Below, one piece after another: positions 1 through 11,733 of a stretch of 64,000 bases of DNA. The position numbers and the translations under genes were made by a program. A model generated the notes under the pieces. It ran no database searches. It worked only from the letters and a program-made list of their open reading frames with translations, and was not told the origin of the DNA. The stretch's first letter is position 1. Each line of letters begins with the position of its first letter. Source of the stretch: Tubiluchus corallicola. Its lineage: Eukaryota > Animalia > Priapulida. The DNA is taken from assembly GCA_030141605.1 (NCBI GenBank), contig JAQGDQ010000148.1, positions 310,001 to 374,000 of the forward strand. The letters run 5' to 3'.

Positions 1-1958
1 AACTGAATGCGCCACATCTTTATGGAACTAAGTTTGCCTTGAACTTTTCCACCAAAAGTGGATCGTGCATGATACATGACAATAGTAACATCTCCAGATA
101 CAGATATTTTCATAGGTATAGTGACTTGCCCATCGGCGAGTTCATATGGTTTCATTTTCTCGTATTCCTGAGAAGTAGTCAACACACGTTCTTCTCCAAG
201 AAATACTTCAATAAATGGTCTACACCCAGTCCTAGCTTTATTAAAAATAGGTACTGGGGTCATGATCAGGTACGCCAGTAGGACTGACTGGTCATGAGGC
301 AAGACTGTAGGCTCTGATACCATTTCCCCTATATACTGAATGTAACGCTGTTGGGAAGAAACCGTTTCAGGATCACAACGCTTTATAGCAAAAAGGCTTA
401 GTGCTTCTTCAGCCGTGCGAAATACTTTGCAGAATAAAAGGAATGCAGAAACAACAGTAGCAGAAATGTCTTTTCCATCATTACAGTGCACAACTGCAAC
501 ATTTCTGCAGTCTTGCTGCAACCATAACAGCATATTTTTACAAATAGCAAATAAGCTAGCTAAAGAGGGAGCTCTGCCAGCAGGCCATCCACATTCAGAC
601 ACTCTATTGTTGAACTTTGCTGCACGATATGTGCGCTGTGAAAGATTGTATACTGCATAAGTATTGTTATGTTTAGACTCCAAAACATTCCTTACATCAT
701 CAATATAATTCTTAACTCCTGGCTCTACATTTTCAAATGGAAATGACATCACTACAATGCGACTAGTAATATAATTAATGTCCAACTGCTCTGTCTTACT
801 AATGCTTGCAGAAACGCTTTGCATGACTTTGCTGGAAGTATCTCTTATATTACGCAAGAAACTACCTGCACCACCCTTAAGTGAACCAAACAGTGCTCCC
901 ACATCTTGCCCTGGAGGAGGCCGTGCTGCTTGTTGACCATTTCCAGCAGCTTGAAATCTTCCTGAAGATAATTCTTCTTTAGCAACAAATGGTAACCGTC
1001 CCATCACATCAACATCAAGAGAAGAAGCCAGGTCCCAGACTTGCTGCAGAATCTGATTAATTGTCAGTCTCTCCCGTGGGTCTACTTTTAACATGCCCCT
1101 AATTAAATCATGAAATATTGTATATTTCTTATCTGTTGCAGGAATGTTGTAATTACCATTTACAATTCGCAGTTTTGCTGAATCAACGAATGGGTGTTCT
1201 CTGAAACACAGCAAAAATAACACACAACCTAGTGCCCATATGTCAACAGCATGATTTACAGGATAATTCATATATAACTCCAGCATTTCAGGTGCTCGGT
1301 ACATTGGTGTTGAATGTTTTGCCATTTCATCTTCTGCCAAGCTTCTCTGGATTGCAGTCCAACTGTCATTTGGTTCATAAGTACTAGTTGTAGCACTACC
1401 AAAATCACACAGTTTTATAATGGATTCACTGCTAAGTAAGAAATTTTCTACCTTCAAATCCCGGTGAATTATTGGCGGATTTTGTTCATGCATATGTTGT
1501 ACTGCAGAACACATCTGATAGAACACATGGAGAACTTGACGGCAAGTTAATGACTCTTTATATTCGTTCAGGACATCTACAAGCATGCCGCCTGTACACA
1601 ATTCTGTTAACAATAAGAACTCTGCTTTTCCGTGTCCAGATGTCTTTTTGTCAGTAGATGCTGCTTGTACGTACTCAACTATGTTAGCATGTTTGCCCAG
1701 CAACTTTAAAAAACGGATTTCTTGCATAATGGATTTGCACGTTTCGTCATCAGCTGCCAATAATCTTTTCAGTGCATATTCTTTTCCGCTGGCCACATCT
1801 TGAGCTACAAACACGAATGCGAAACCGCCCTCTGCAATCAACCTTTTAACCCGTAATTTCATGTCACCAAGCTCCACATTATGCCCGACAAAATCATTGT
1901 CTTGGCCTGCACTTGCGCCGCTTATATACTCGAAAGCTGACTTGAAAAAATCACCCAT
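1..1958 (-). CDS. GAK: Cyclin G-associated kinase / auxilin (NAK kinase + PTEN-like phosphatase + C2 domain); 3' part lies outside the window
   Basis: Absent from the ORF track because no stop falls inside the window. ATG at 1958-1956 gives MGDFFKSAFEY...LRVKRLIAEGGFAFVFVAQD...YALKRL...HRDLKVENFLL...KLCDFGSAT...TPMYRAPEML...DIWALGC...HPF; then LDINYITSRIVVMSFP...VVHCNDGK...SQQRYIQY (PTEN-like) and GCRPFIEV...YHARSTFGGKVQ...KMWRIQF (C2). Same reading frame at both ends, no intron seen. Confidence 0.95.
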   Translation of the reverse strand, partial: MGDFFKSAFEYISGASAGQDNDFVGHNVELGDMKLRVKRLIAEGGFAFVFVAQDVASGKEYALKRLLAADDETCKSIMQEIRFLKLLGKHANIVEYVQAASTDKKTSGHGKAEFLLLTELCTGGMLVDVLNEYKESLTCRQVLHVFYQMCSAVQHMHEQNPPIIHRDLKVENFLLSSESIIKLCDFGSATTSTYEPNDSWTAIQRSLAEDEMAKHSTPMYRAPEMLELYMNYPVNHAVDIWALGCVLFLLCFREHPFVDSAKLRIVNGNYNIPATDKKYTIFHDLIRGMLKVDPRERLTINQILQQVWDLASSLDVDVMGRLPFVAKEELSSGRFQAAGNGQQAARPPPGQDVGALFGSLKGGAGSFLRNIRDTSSKVMQSVSASISKTEQLDINYITSRIVVMSFPFENVEPGVKNYIDDVRNVLESKHNNTYAVYNLSQRTYRAAKFNNRVSECGWPAGRAPSLASLFAICKNMLLWLQQDCRNVAVVHCNDGKDISATVVSAFLLFCKVFRTAEEALSLFAIKRCDPETVSSQQRYIQYIGEMVSEPTVLPHDQSVLLAYLIMTPVPIFNKARTGCRPFIEVFLGEERVLTTSQEYEKMKPYELADGQVTIPMKISVSGDVTIVMYHARSTFGGKVQGKLSSIKMWRIQ

Positions 1959-2923
1959 TTTAACTACATTTAAACTTTAAAAACCATAGCAGAAAAGTTA
2001 AATCACGGATTGGCTCCAAATTTAGCAAATTCTTCCATGCAATGGCAACATGCAACGCAAACTTAGCTGTTGGTTTGTATTTTTTACATTTTCTTTGAGG
2101 AAAGCGAAACGTGAACGACGAGTATACGTTTGTTGCTTTCGCGCAAGTTGTGAAAAGTAAAAAGTGGATGTTTACCAAACAAAAGTGTATATCCATTATC
2201 ATACTAATGTATAATTCTGTTCAGTCAGCAGGTCGTTGGTGGATATCTCTGGCTCTTTTCCACAAATTTCTGCTTGTCTTATTTTTTTTAAAAAACAATT
2301 TCATTATTAAATTTTGCTCAGATGTCTTTAGATATAATTTTTTAAGTATTGCAAAAACGTTCTTTATGATTTAAGGAAATTTTTAGCAAACAAATTCTCA
2401 AGGCCCTTAGTCCTGCTGAGACTTATAATTATTTTACAGTTGTTATAATTAAACGTTTCAAAAGCCTATGCTGATCAGAAGCCTTTGAAAAGAAATTTGT
2501 TACTAAGACATTCTCAGACGAAATTTAATCTCATTTTGTACGATGCTCAGGTGGAGAGTAAAGTTAAACTTACAGGATGCTGCTGGAAGCTATTGCAATG
2601 AGTATCCTCAAACAAACTGCCTGACAAAAATTGTAGACTGGTGACACGTTGTGTATTTCGTGATAGTTCAGACTACATACTAGATGATCAAGTAGTGCGT
2701 GTATTAGAGAGAGAAAAAATATTGCGTGTAGTTTTCTTAAAGTGCATTGTGTGCCTGTAGTTTATCTTTTATTTTTGAATTTGTAGTTTTCCACTTATAG
2801 TTTAGCTTGCACCAGGCGCACTTTCCCAGAACAGTTGTATGTTTATATTTGAACTAACACTGATTGCCTGTCTTTTTTATTATGATGACCACTGTTTTAT
2901 TATGAAGACAAAATAAAGAATAT

Positions 2924-2944
2924 GCTACAACAACAACAACAACA

Positions 2945-2993
<49 letters not shown>
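2924..2993 (+). repeat. Compound microsatellite (CAA)n(CTA)n
   Basis: Directly visible; it produces the poly-Q/poly-L pseudo-ORF at 2922..3155. Confidence 0.95.
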
Positions 2994-2994
2994 A

Positions 2995-3345
2995 AATTAA
3001 AAATGACAGAAAAAATTATGTTATATCTTAATCAAACCTTGGATTCGCCTAAAAAGTGGGCTTATTTCACCTCAAAAAGATTAATTTCAAAGCCAAATTT
3101 AACGTTGCTCGTTCGGCTAGCTCAGAATAAGATTATGCTATTTTATCAATTATAAATTATTCAAAGTATAATGACGTTTTCAATGATTTTTATTAAATAA
3201 ACAAGGACAGCGGACGCTGCCACTAAGGTTAACTGGGCTCAATTCGTGACCTGTCTCTAGTGCCCTACTTGGGCTATCACATGTACGGCACGCCCTACCC
3301 AGGCTTGCCCATGTACGGCATCTGCCCTACTTTGGCTAGTGTCCT
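2995..3345 (+). mobile_element. Right-hand fragment of the non-autonomous DNA transposon family also found at 51640-52582
   Basis: Colinear similarity to ~52190-52560 (ctaaaaagtg..tatttcac..ccaaatttaa..gctcagaataa..aaacaaggac..gacctgtctctagtg(c/t)cctacttggg) with the same subterminal repeats. Confidence 0.75.
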
Positions 3346-3677
3346 GCTCCGCACATTTTCTCTATTTTCAAGATGTTAATAGTGCTTGTTAATCAAATAC
3401 AGAGAACATAGCAAACTCGACAAAGGCCGCATTTAGTGTTTGAACCGAGGGCTTACTTATTGTTATCGATTTAATACGCCTAGGTACAGTTGGTTGCGTG
3501 TAACGCGGTTATTTCAAAAATGTAAGTCAAAATTTTGAAGAAGTTAATTACTTTATATAATCCATAATATACGTAATTTTTACATTAATAGTACGAGTAA
3601 TTGTGTTCTTTGCAATGTGAATGACCTGTTTGAGATTGTAGTTGTAATAACAGTAACTGCTACTGCCTTGTGCAACA

Positions 3678-4885
3678 TGATATATAAACTAAATGAAATT
3701 GCAGAAATCGTCATAAAACACTTAAGAAAAACAGACCAGATAGAAATAAATGAAATAGTCCGGCAGGTAACAGTATTAGGACCATTATTATGTTGTGCTT
3801 CACTAAACCGAATTAACGAGATGGTGGTAACAGGGACTGTAATGGGCAGGAATATACATGTGGGTATGTTATCATTCATTAGTGATTATTGTACAGAAAA
3901 TTATTTACGTCATTCAATATACAGAAAACATAATATATGAGAACAAACATGACACGAAAGAAAAGGATTCCAGTATTATGTGAGTCACGGAGAGGTTAAG
4001 GAAGCAGAGGAATACCAATATTTAGGAGATTGGATTAATTCAAAATGTAGTTATGAAACAATGTTGGGAAAACGAACCGTGAAAACTGATGCTATATGAG
4101 CTTCTTTCAGTGAGTGCAGTGCTAAGTAGTTCTGAAACATGGTCAAATTTGACAACAGCTGATTGGGAGAAATTAGAAATGATTCAAGCAAGCGCTTTAA
4201 AAGTTTTATTTAATCTTAGCGAATCAACACCATACTGGGGATTAGTAACTGAAATAGACATATGGCCTCTAAAACATAAAGTGAATTATAGGAGACTGAT
4301 GTTCTATCGGAATTTACTGATTAGTAAATCAAAGAGATTAGCATCAGAGGTACTCGTAATGCAAATAAACAATGCACATGAAAAGTCCATTCAGACTTCT
4401 TCATGACCTTCACCCTTTCTTTATTACCATCTATGCTATTTCTGCAGTATGTTTTATAAAGAATGAATGTACAGAAAAATACAGGAGCAGCACTAAATTA
4501 AGATTTTTAAAACATACGACAAAATTACATAGACACATGAGGTTAAAGATATATTGAAAATAAGACTGATTATGATTATAGTTAAAGGAAACTACAAGAA
4601 TGAGTTTAAGGATCAGTTATTATGCCCAGTGTGTGGGGAAGTTGATGATACTACTGAACATATGCTTAAATGCGGCAGATATGGAAGATGTAAAAAAAAT
4701 GATGAACTTGGATATATTAATGAACAGTGAAAAAGAAAGATTGCTAGGAAAGAAACGAATGCGTGGAATGCAGGATAAAAATACATAAACACATTAAAGT
4801 GGGAAAAGACAACCAAAAGATAAGCGTTATTGAAAAATGGACTTTGCACCCTTTAGAGGTGCGCGCCTCTGATAGGTGGAGATAG
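3678..4885 (+). mobile_element. Degraded, 5'-truncated copy of the LINE family found at 19530-25110
   Basis: Peptides MIYKLNEIAEIVI...IVRQVTVLGPLLCCA and MLYELLSVSAVLSSSETWSNLT...WPLKHKVNYRRLMFYRNLL nearly identical to the minus-strand ORF2; shares the 3' motif gactttgcacc..ggtgc.cgcctctgataggtggaga; many frameshifts and deletions. Confidence 0.9.
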
Positions 4886-5477
4886 TCGAGAAATTGCAAC
4901 AAACAAGAAAACATGACATAAAAATTCTTTTACACAAATGCCCTTTTAAAATTTATTGTTTTCTTGTTGGTAATCTATCTAGTGAACATGAATGCCCTTC
5001 TGTCTGGTAAACTTCTAGAGTTCTGGAGAGTCTTATCTAGTGAACATGAAACACTTTGCACAGTTAGTGAGATCACTAAGAATGACAAACTTTTGGGGAA
5101 TATGAACAAAGGGATTTGGCTTTTTAATTTGAAAATTGTTTTGGAAAGTACCACTTGGTACTACAGCTTCTCATGCTCTCTTACATCTCCCTCATCAACC
5201 ATTGAGTAATTATGCGTGTCTAAACAAACCTGTGACAGTTTAATTAAAACTTCTATTTGAATAATTGTATTAGCAAGATCTGCAAAACACTGGTGCATGT
5301 TTCTCCTTAAAACTGCTAGCTATTATAACAATGTTTGGCACATGACAAACTAGTATCCTATTAATATAATTGCAAATTGCAACCAAAAAAAATCTATAAA
5401 CTAGCTTTTGGTGTGAGCAGTGTGCAGTCTAGTTATACCGACAGTGGCACTAGTACTTGGTTTTACTGTATTTCTGC

Positions 5478-5655
5478 TTTTCAAATTCTGTAACTAGCTG
5501 TTGATCTAAATTATTTTATTGCATCGGTACATGTATAAGCATAATTTTGTTTTTCTGTATTTCAAATTCTGTAACTAACTGTTGATTTAAAAAAATTTGT
5601 CGCATCAGTATATACATAAGTATGTATTATCAAATAAAAAATATATAAGCATAAT
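5478..5655. repeat. Imperfect ~80-bp tandem duplication
   Basis: ttcaaattctgtaacta(g/a)ctgttgat..gcatc(g/a)gta..ataag occurs twice in succession. Confidence 0.6.
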
Positions 5656-5737
5656 GTTGATGTCAGCTATTTTTATAAAAGTTTTTTTTATTTGTTGTAC
5701 ATGTTATAAGGTGTAATAATTATGATTCAGGTGACCA

Positions 5738-8700
5738 ATGGATATAAGAGGCATAGAATCGGAAAATGATTCAGATGTAGCTGCTGGGTCATCTTTAATG
5801 CCCTTGGCCTTGGAACATGGCGAGCAGGAATATGAGGCTCAGCACTTCAATTTTCTTCCTAAGTCCTTAACTGATACACGTAAGTCAGATTGTCAACAGT
5901 AGAACACATGCTTATGTAATCGTATAATATTGGGAAATCAAATGCTTTGGTGGTGGTGTCTTGTGAGCCCCGGCTATAATGCTGATGTAAAAAAATATCA
6001 TTTATAAACATGGCGCTTGTAATCTGGTTTAAAATGACCCATGAAGAGCATAAATGCCACGTTAATTAAGCTTTTGGACTTTAAAGCACTGAGAATGTAC
6101 AACGAAAGTTTGCAGACTAACAGACGTTTTTTTTAAATTGAATTACAACAGTGTTATTCATGTCTGAAAAGGCATTTGGCTATTGCTGCGGTGTACATTA
6201 AGTCTTTCCCCCGTTGAGCAACGTTTTGTTTTAATGACGCTGAACATTTCACACCTTTTTCTTACTTAATGACGCATGTTTCATTTTAACTACGACTTTT
6301 TTACTTTTCTCACTTTGTTTTGTTTCATCATTGCGATTTTTGTTTTATTATCAAAGTTTTTTAATTAATTTGAAGCATTAAAATGGTGCATGTTGTGTTA
6401 TTCTGTTCTAAAAATGCATTAGTAACCTAAACAGTGCAATTATTATAATAGCTTTTGTTTCCCGACTGACTACATACTAAATTCTGGCAGCTCTAGCCAT
6501 TTGTATCAAGCGAACTCCATTTGCCGATTTATACGCCTCCACACACCCAAGTTTAAACTTTATGCCAAGGAATTTTGTCTACACCCTAACTGTTGCGATA
6601 ACAATCAGGTTAGTACTACATGAAATTGTTTCAAAGTCGCTTCCTGCAGGATTGTTTCACTGCTAACTGTCTTTGAATAGGCTTTAACATTAAGGAAAGT
6701 GAACCGCTTGCAAGTCTAGCTAGATATTATAGAAAGGTAGGTGGTTTCAAGTAAACAAAATGAAATCAATAGAAATATGAATAAAACCCATAAAACGTTT
6801 AATTTATATGATTTAAGCAGCATTGATTTTTGCTTCTGGAACGTATCTCAATTCTTTTACATTACTTTCTGTGGAAGTCTTGGTTTCGTTTAACGATGTT
6901 TCGCTTAACATCGCGTTTTTGTGGAATGCTTTAGCATCGTTAAGCGAGAACTTACTGTACATGAGCTTCTAGGGTCTGGGCACCATTATGAATGGTCTAC
7001 CTTCCTTTAAAAGATTATATATTTTTCATTTGACTTTTGTAGTACTTTGTCTCTCACTAGTGCTATGATACCATAGTGTCTGGCTTCCAGTGTCCGCTGC
7101 CAAAAAAAGCTTTGGTTTCACCACTCACTGACAATATACACACATTTTATTTCTTGCTTCCAGAGTCAGATGCTGTATGCACTTTTGTATCATAAGCATA
7201 AATTATACATGCTACAGTGAAGCTATTGTTGATACCGTATTGTAGATGTTGTTCAATTCAACTCAATCAGCTATTTAGGTGAACTCAGACTAAAACAGAC
7301 TTTAAATGATGAAGTTAAGAAACTGTAAAAACTTCTTCTATAAATTATAAACGACTTATGATCAAAATCTTCGGTATAGATGCAGAGGTTAAGTTTTACG
7401 TAATTCTGTTTTTTTTTCAGTTTACAATCTTATGTTGCAATACTTCCATGATGGAATGACAGTTACTCAAGCTTATTTACTAAGAGAGGTATCAACAAAC
7501 AGGTTTTATTAAATATAAAAAGATTATTAACTAATTTTAAGGGTTTCTACCTTATTTGAAATTTCATTTTAAACAACTATTGATTTTTGATGCCCATTAT
7601 ACTCCTTGTGGCTACACCGTTGCACTGATATTATTTGCGAAATAAGAGTGATAGCTCATTATTATTTGTCAGATCTTGCACTTTTGTCAAAATCAGGTGA
7701 AAGTGCTGTGAAATTTGTGGGTATTTAAGTGGGGAGATGGGTGAGGTAGCTTGTTTAATTAACGATCAGGATGACACTGGTCCACTGCCCTGCTTAGCAG
7801 ATTTGTCACCTTCATTTTGGATAGTTGGGTTCTAGGCAACAAAGGTGAACTTTTCAAATATGCAGCAGTTATAAAAAGTGTTTTTGGTGCTTTGGAATTT
7901 AGATTCTGGTGTTCTTCCTTTCCTTGTTTTTTAACTATTCTTTTACATAAATTTTTTTACCTAATACTTATAATGGAAAAATTCAGATTTAGTTTATGTC
8001 ACTTTTACTAAAGCTATAATGCTTCATTCCTATACAAGTATATCAGTTACTTTTGGCACACATTAGTAAAAACTTTTGCTGACCAGTGCATATTGCACAT
8101 TTCATAGATACTGCAACTTTAATAAGCTTTGCTATTCATCAGGAGTTAAATGTGTACAATAGACATGATGGGTATAATATTATGACAATAATGATGGCCA
8201 TTCCTGGCATTGTCATCATTCACTGTTCTAAGGCATTACACAGACGGTGTATTTTAAGGAGCCTTTGCTAGCTTGTAACCATCAGAATATTGCTAGAAAA
8301 TTAAACAAGAACACAAAGTGTAATGTTCGTGCATTATTGATTGTAGTGTTGTTGTTGTTAATGCTGTTGTTGCCATCGTTGTCACTGTCGCTGCTGCCGC
8401 TATGTGTGGTTTGGTGGTTGTGCTGGTGTGGCGTTGTGTGAGTTGTGTGGTGTGTGAGTTGTTGTTGCTATAGTTTATGCACACAATTCTTTTGCGGGGT
8501 TTGGCTTATTTTTTTAATCAGACTAAATTAACACTCTGTCCATGACCATCATCTCTTTTATTCACAACATCTTATAATAGTTTCGTTAAGAGCATTGTTC
8601 AATATCAGAATGTCTTGGATCATCCAAACTGATATTGTAAATTCAATTTCTCACCTATTTAATATAATTTAGGTAAAATGACATAATACAGATAATAGCT

Positions 8701-11700
8701 GAGTACAGGAATTTGTACGATAATCACTTTTGCATGTGGATTTGTACAAATTTGTTTTCTTTTTTCTAGTTTAAAGAAGTTACGGATGAAGCGACTTTAC
8801 AAGCGTCAGCTGATCGTCTTCGAGCTGCTTATATAAAAGTTTTAGATAAAGCTTTTGATAAACTTGAGGTTTGTGTCCTTTTCTATAAAAATCTATATAG
8901 TCAAGGTAAAAATAACATTTTTTCTACATGGCAGAAAGCAAAAGAAACAAGCAAATATTACAACTGTCATTCCAACTAGGCTTTGAAATTTCTTTTAATG
9001 TCCTTTAGGAAATAGAAACTACATCTGTAATGTAGGAAAATGTTTCCAAGCAAATTGACTATTTTGAGCCAAGTTCTTAAACGCTGTTCAATTCACAGAA
9101 TTCAGTTACACACGCAGAATTCTATTTTTTAGCACTATGTTGCGATGAATATGCTGAAGGTACCGGAGAATGTATTACTACCAGAAGATCAGCCGCAGCT
9201 AAATCAGTATGAAAAATGGGAGGAGGAGAAAATTGATTGTGAGATTACTCAGCTACAGGAATCACTTATTAACGTAAGTGATAGTGCTGAATAGGATGCC
9301 TTAAAAATAATGGATTTAGCAAGGTTCTTAAGCCACTAATTCCTAAAAATGCAGAATGCAGATATGAATTACCTACACTGAATATATTGATATAAACAAT
9401 GGCGTAGCACTTTTCATTGCTGCAAGATGGCAACTGGCCAGCACAACTGTATTGGAGTAATGTCCATGTGAAGTGAAGTAGTTGAACAAATATTAAAGTG
9501 ACATCTTGAGTTAAGATAAGGAAAAAGTCGTGTATCGCCTTACACAGAAAATGCATGTGTTTAATTAGTTGCAGTGTTCAATTTCTCATTGTTCTTGTGT
9601 GCATTCCTGCCAAAATTAAAGTTTACTAAGCTTTTATAATATTTCACAATCATCTGCAATGCGAATCTTCCATTTGTGATCTTTTTTTTTTAAATTTGCT
9701 GCATTTATTGCAATTTGTTTTCAGTTGCATTATACAGTTGCTACTTTGAGGGAAGAACTCAAAGAAATTAATCTGGTTAAAGAACAATGCACAGAGGATA
9801 TGAAAGTATTACAGAAACTAGAAACTGTTTCTAGGAAAGCCAGTTGTAAGTATTAAAGTTTAATTGAAAATTTTTGATTACAGTCACAAAAAGAGTTCCG
9901 ATCTGTCAATTATTAGAGAAGACACGTTAATAAATTTTGCTGTTTTTACAAATTCTTGTAAGAAGTGTCGGGGAAATGATTGCACCCATGGTATATTTGA
10001 AAGCAAAAAAACAACAATTTCTTGAGAAAAAGCACTAAATTTTATGTAGAAAACACTTATTTTAATACCTAGTACTGCCATCACTAATTACTAATAGTAA
10101 TAAAATAACCACTAATTACTGACTAATTGCACTGATCCACACTCGTGTAGCATGAAGTACTGTACAGAAATTTGTAACAAAACGTGCATTTTCACGAACG
10201 TATGTAAGTTGCTTACGTATTATGTCACGTGTGTTTTATGCCAGCACATACATATCAATAGTAATCAAGCCTTGAAGATAACTGCCTTCCTCTTAAACGA
10301 ACACAAGGTCGTTTTACAAGCATGTATTCTTGTGATGTACCCGTATGGTACTATAACCTGCCACTCAGTGCAACAGTCAGTAAACTCGTCATTGGTCGAT
10401 AAAGCCACTTATGATTGGTTAATGGCATCACATGAATGGGTCTGCTTATTATCTCATTCTTGGTAAACGCTAGATTACCACTTTATAGAATCGTAAAATA
10501 TTTAGTACATTTGATTATTAACTAAATCAACTCATCAGAATAATGTGTAAGTTTATATAAAGAGAAAATTTAATTTTTACCTCTTTTTACTAAGGCTATC
10601 ATGCCTATGGCTTAATTCGTGTTGCTGCCATTATTATTATAATGACATTAACATGGCTAAATATTTGATTTAAGTTACAAGTATTGTTAAAAGTTTTAAA
10701 GTTTTTTAGAATAGTCATCTTACAATCTTATTTAGAATAGAATACTAGCATATGAATTTGGTATCTGTAAGCCTTAGTTCCAACCCCTTCCTGCTCATTT
10801 GCAATGGGTGACATAGTAATTTGACTTTCCTCTTCAGCCTGCTGAGGATTTAATACCTATCATTTAAACCACTATACATTGCTATTTATAGATGTAATTA
10901 AAGCTCATCATTAACATCCATAGGTGGGATATCAGGCGCTCAAGGATATATTGAAAACCAGAGCGAATAAAATTTTGCATTTTTGCTACTAATAACAGCT
11001 TGTTCTATGTGCTGCCAAAATTAAATTATTAAATTATTATCAAAGAACAAGGCACCCACCATCTGTGGGTTTATGAAAAAAAATTGTAATTATTGGTGAG
11101 ACTGTTTATTTAGTAAATTATTCACTAACTTTTCTAAACTTTGCACTCTGCAATTTGCTCATAGGAATTAAGTGAAGAAATCACAGAAAACTCATCCCAT
11201 GTGTACATTAAACAACATTTTTCTTATCTAATTTGACAGTACCAAGTCGAATACCACCCTTTGCGCGCATACAAACGATGGCACATGGCAAAGAATTTTT
11301 AGATTTCCAGTGATCTGTTGGCCTCTAAACGACTAAAAAAAACAAAAACTTTTGCACAAATCGCCAAGCGTTTTATCATCTGATCTGGATGGCAAGTGTA
11401 ATCTGTGTGATGTCATGCTTAATTATAAATAGGCTGTGCAGCAATCATCGATGAAAACAAAGCAATATTTAGTCTTGGGGTATCATAAGCAGTTTTTACG
11501 CATACGTAAAAGACCCAAGCAATTTTCTCTCATATTTTTTGCATATTAAAGACTTCAGCGCTTAAGTTGCTTATTCTCTTCGACATCTAGCAGTTGTCTA
11601 AGTCATTTATTTGCTTTCTTTGTTCTTTACAGTCAGCAAATTGAAAGAAACTTTGCAATTTCTGGGCGAAACTGCAAAAACTTTAGTGAGTGAAAGTGAA

Positions 11701-11733
11701 GCAATAAGCTCTCCTGCATTACAAGAATCTTAA
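5738..11733 (+). CDS. MIS12: Kinetochore protein MIS12 homologue, 6 coding exons, ~223 aa
   Basis: Phase-consistent GT-AG exons 5738-5879, 7421-7488, 8770-8868, 9133-9273, 9725-9845, 11633-11733 (672 nt). Motifs EYEAQHFNFLPKSLTD, LDKAFDKLE, MLKVPENVLLPED correspond to Mis12 (YEAQFFGFTP...LRIPSNILLPED) followed by a coiled coil. Confidence 0.88.
6194..6959. mobile_element. Degenerate Tc1/mariner(pogo)-like MITE in MIS12 intron 1
   Basis: Right end ...cgttaagcgagaacttactg|ta with repeated ttaacga motifs; the left end (tacattaagtc...) is only a weak match. Confidence 0.4.

Noticed and set aside
465-495. GAK PTEN-like loop HCNDGKDIS lacks the canonical CX5R arginine
   Set aside because: GAK/auxilin PTEN-like domains are already known to lack the canonical active-site motif; not novel.
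39-1803. Several short + strand ORFs (39-281, 415-660, 1472-1657, 1585-1803)
   Set aside because: Antisense shadows of the GAK coding sequence.
2922-3155. Poly-Q/poly-L ORF resembling a signal peptide, with similarity to ORF 52163-52366
   Set aside because: Microsatellite plus the shared non-coding MITE interior.
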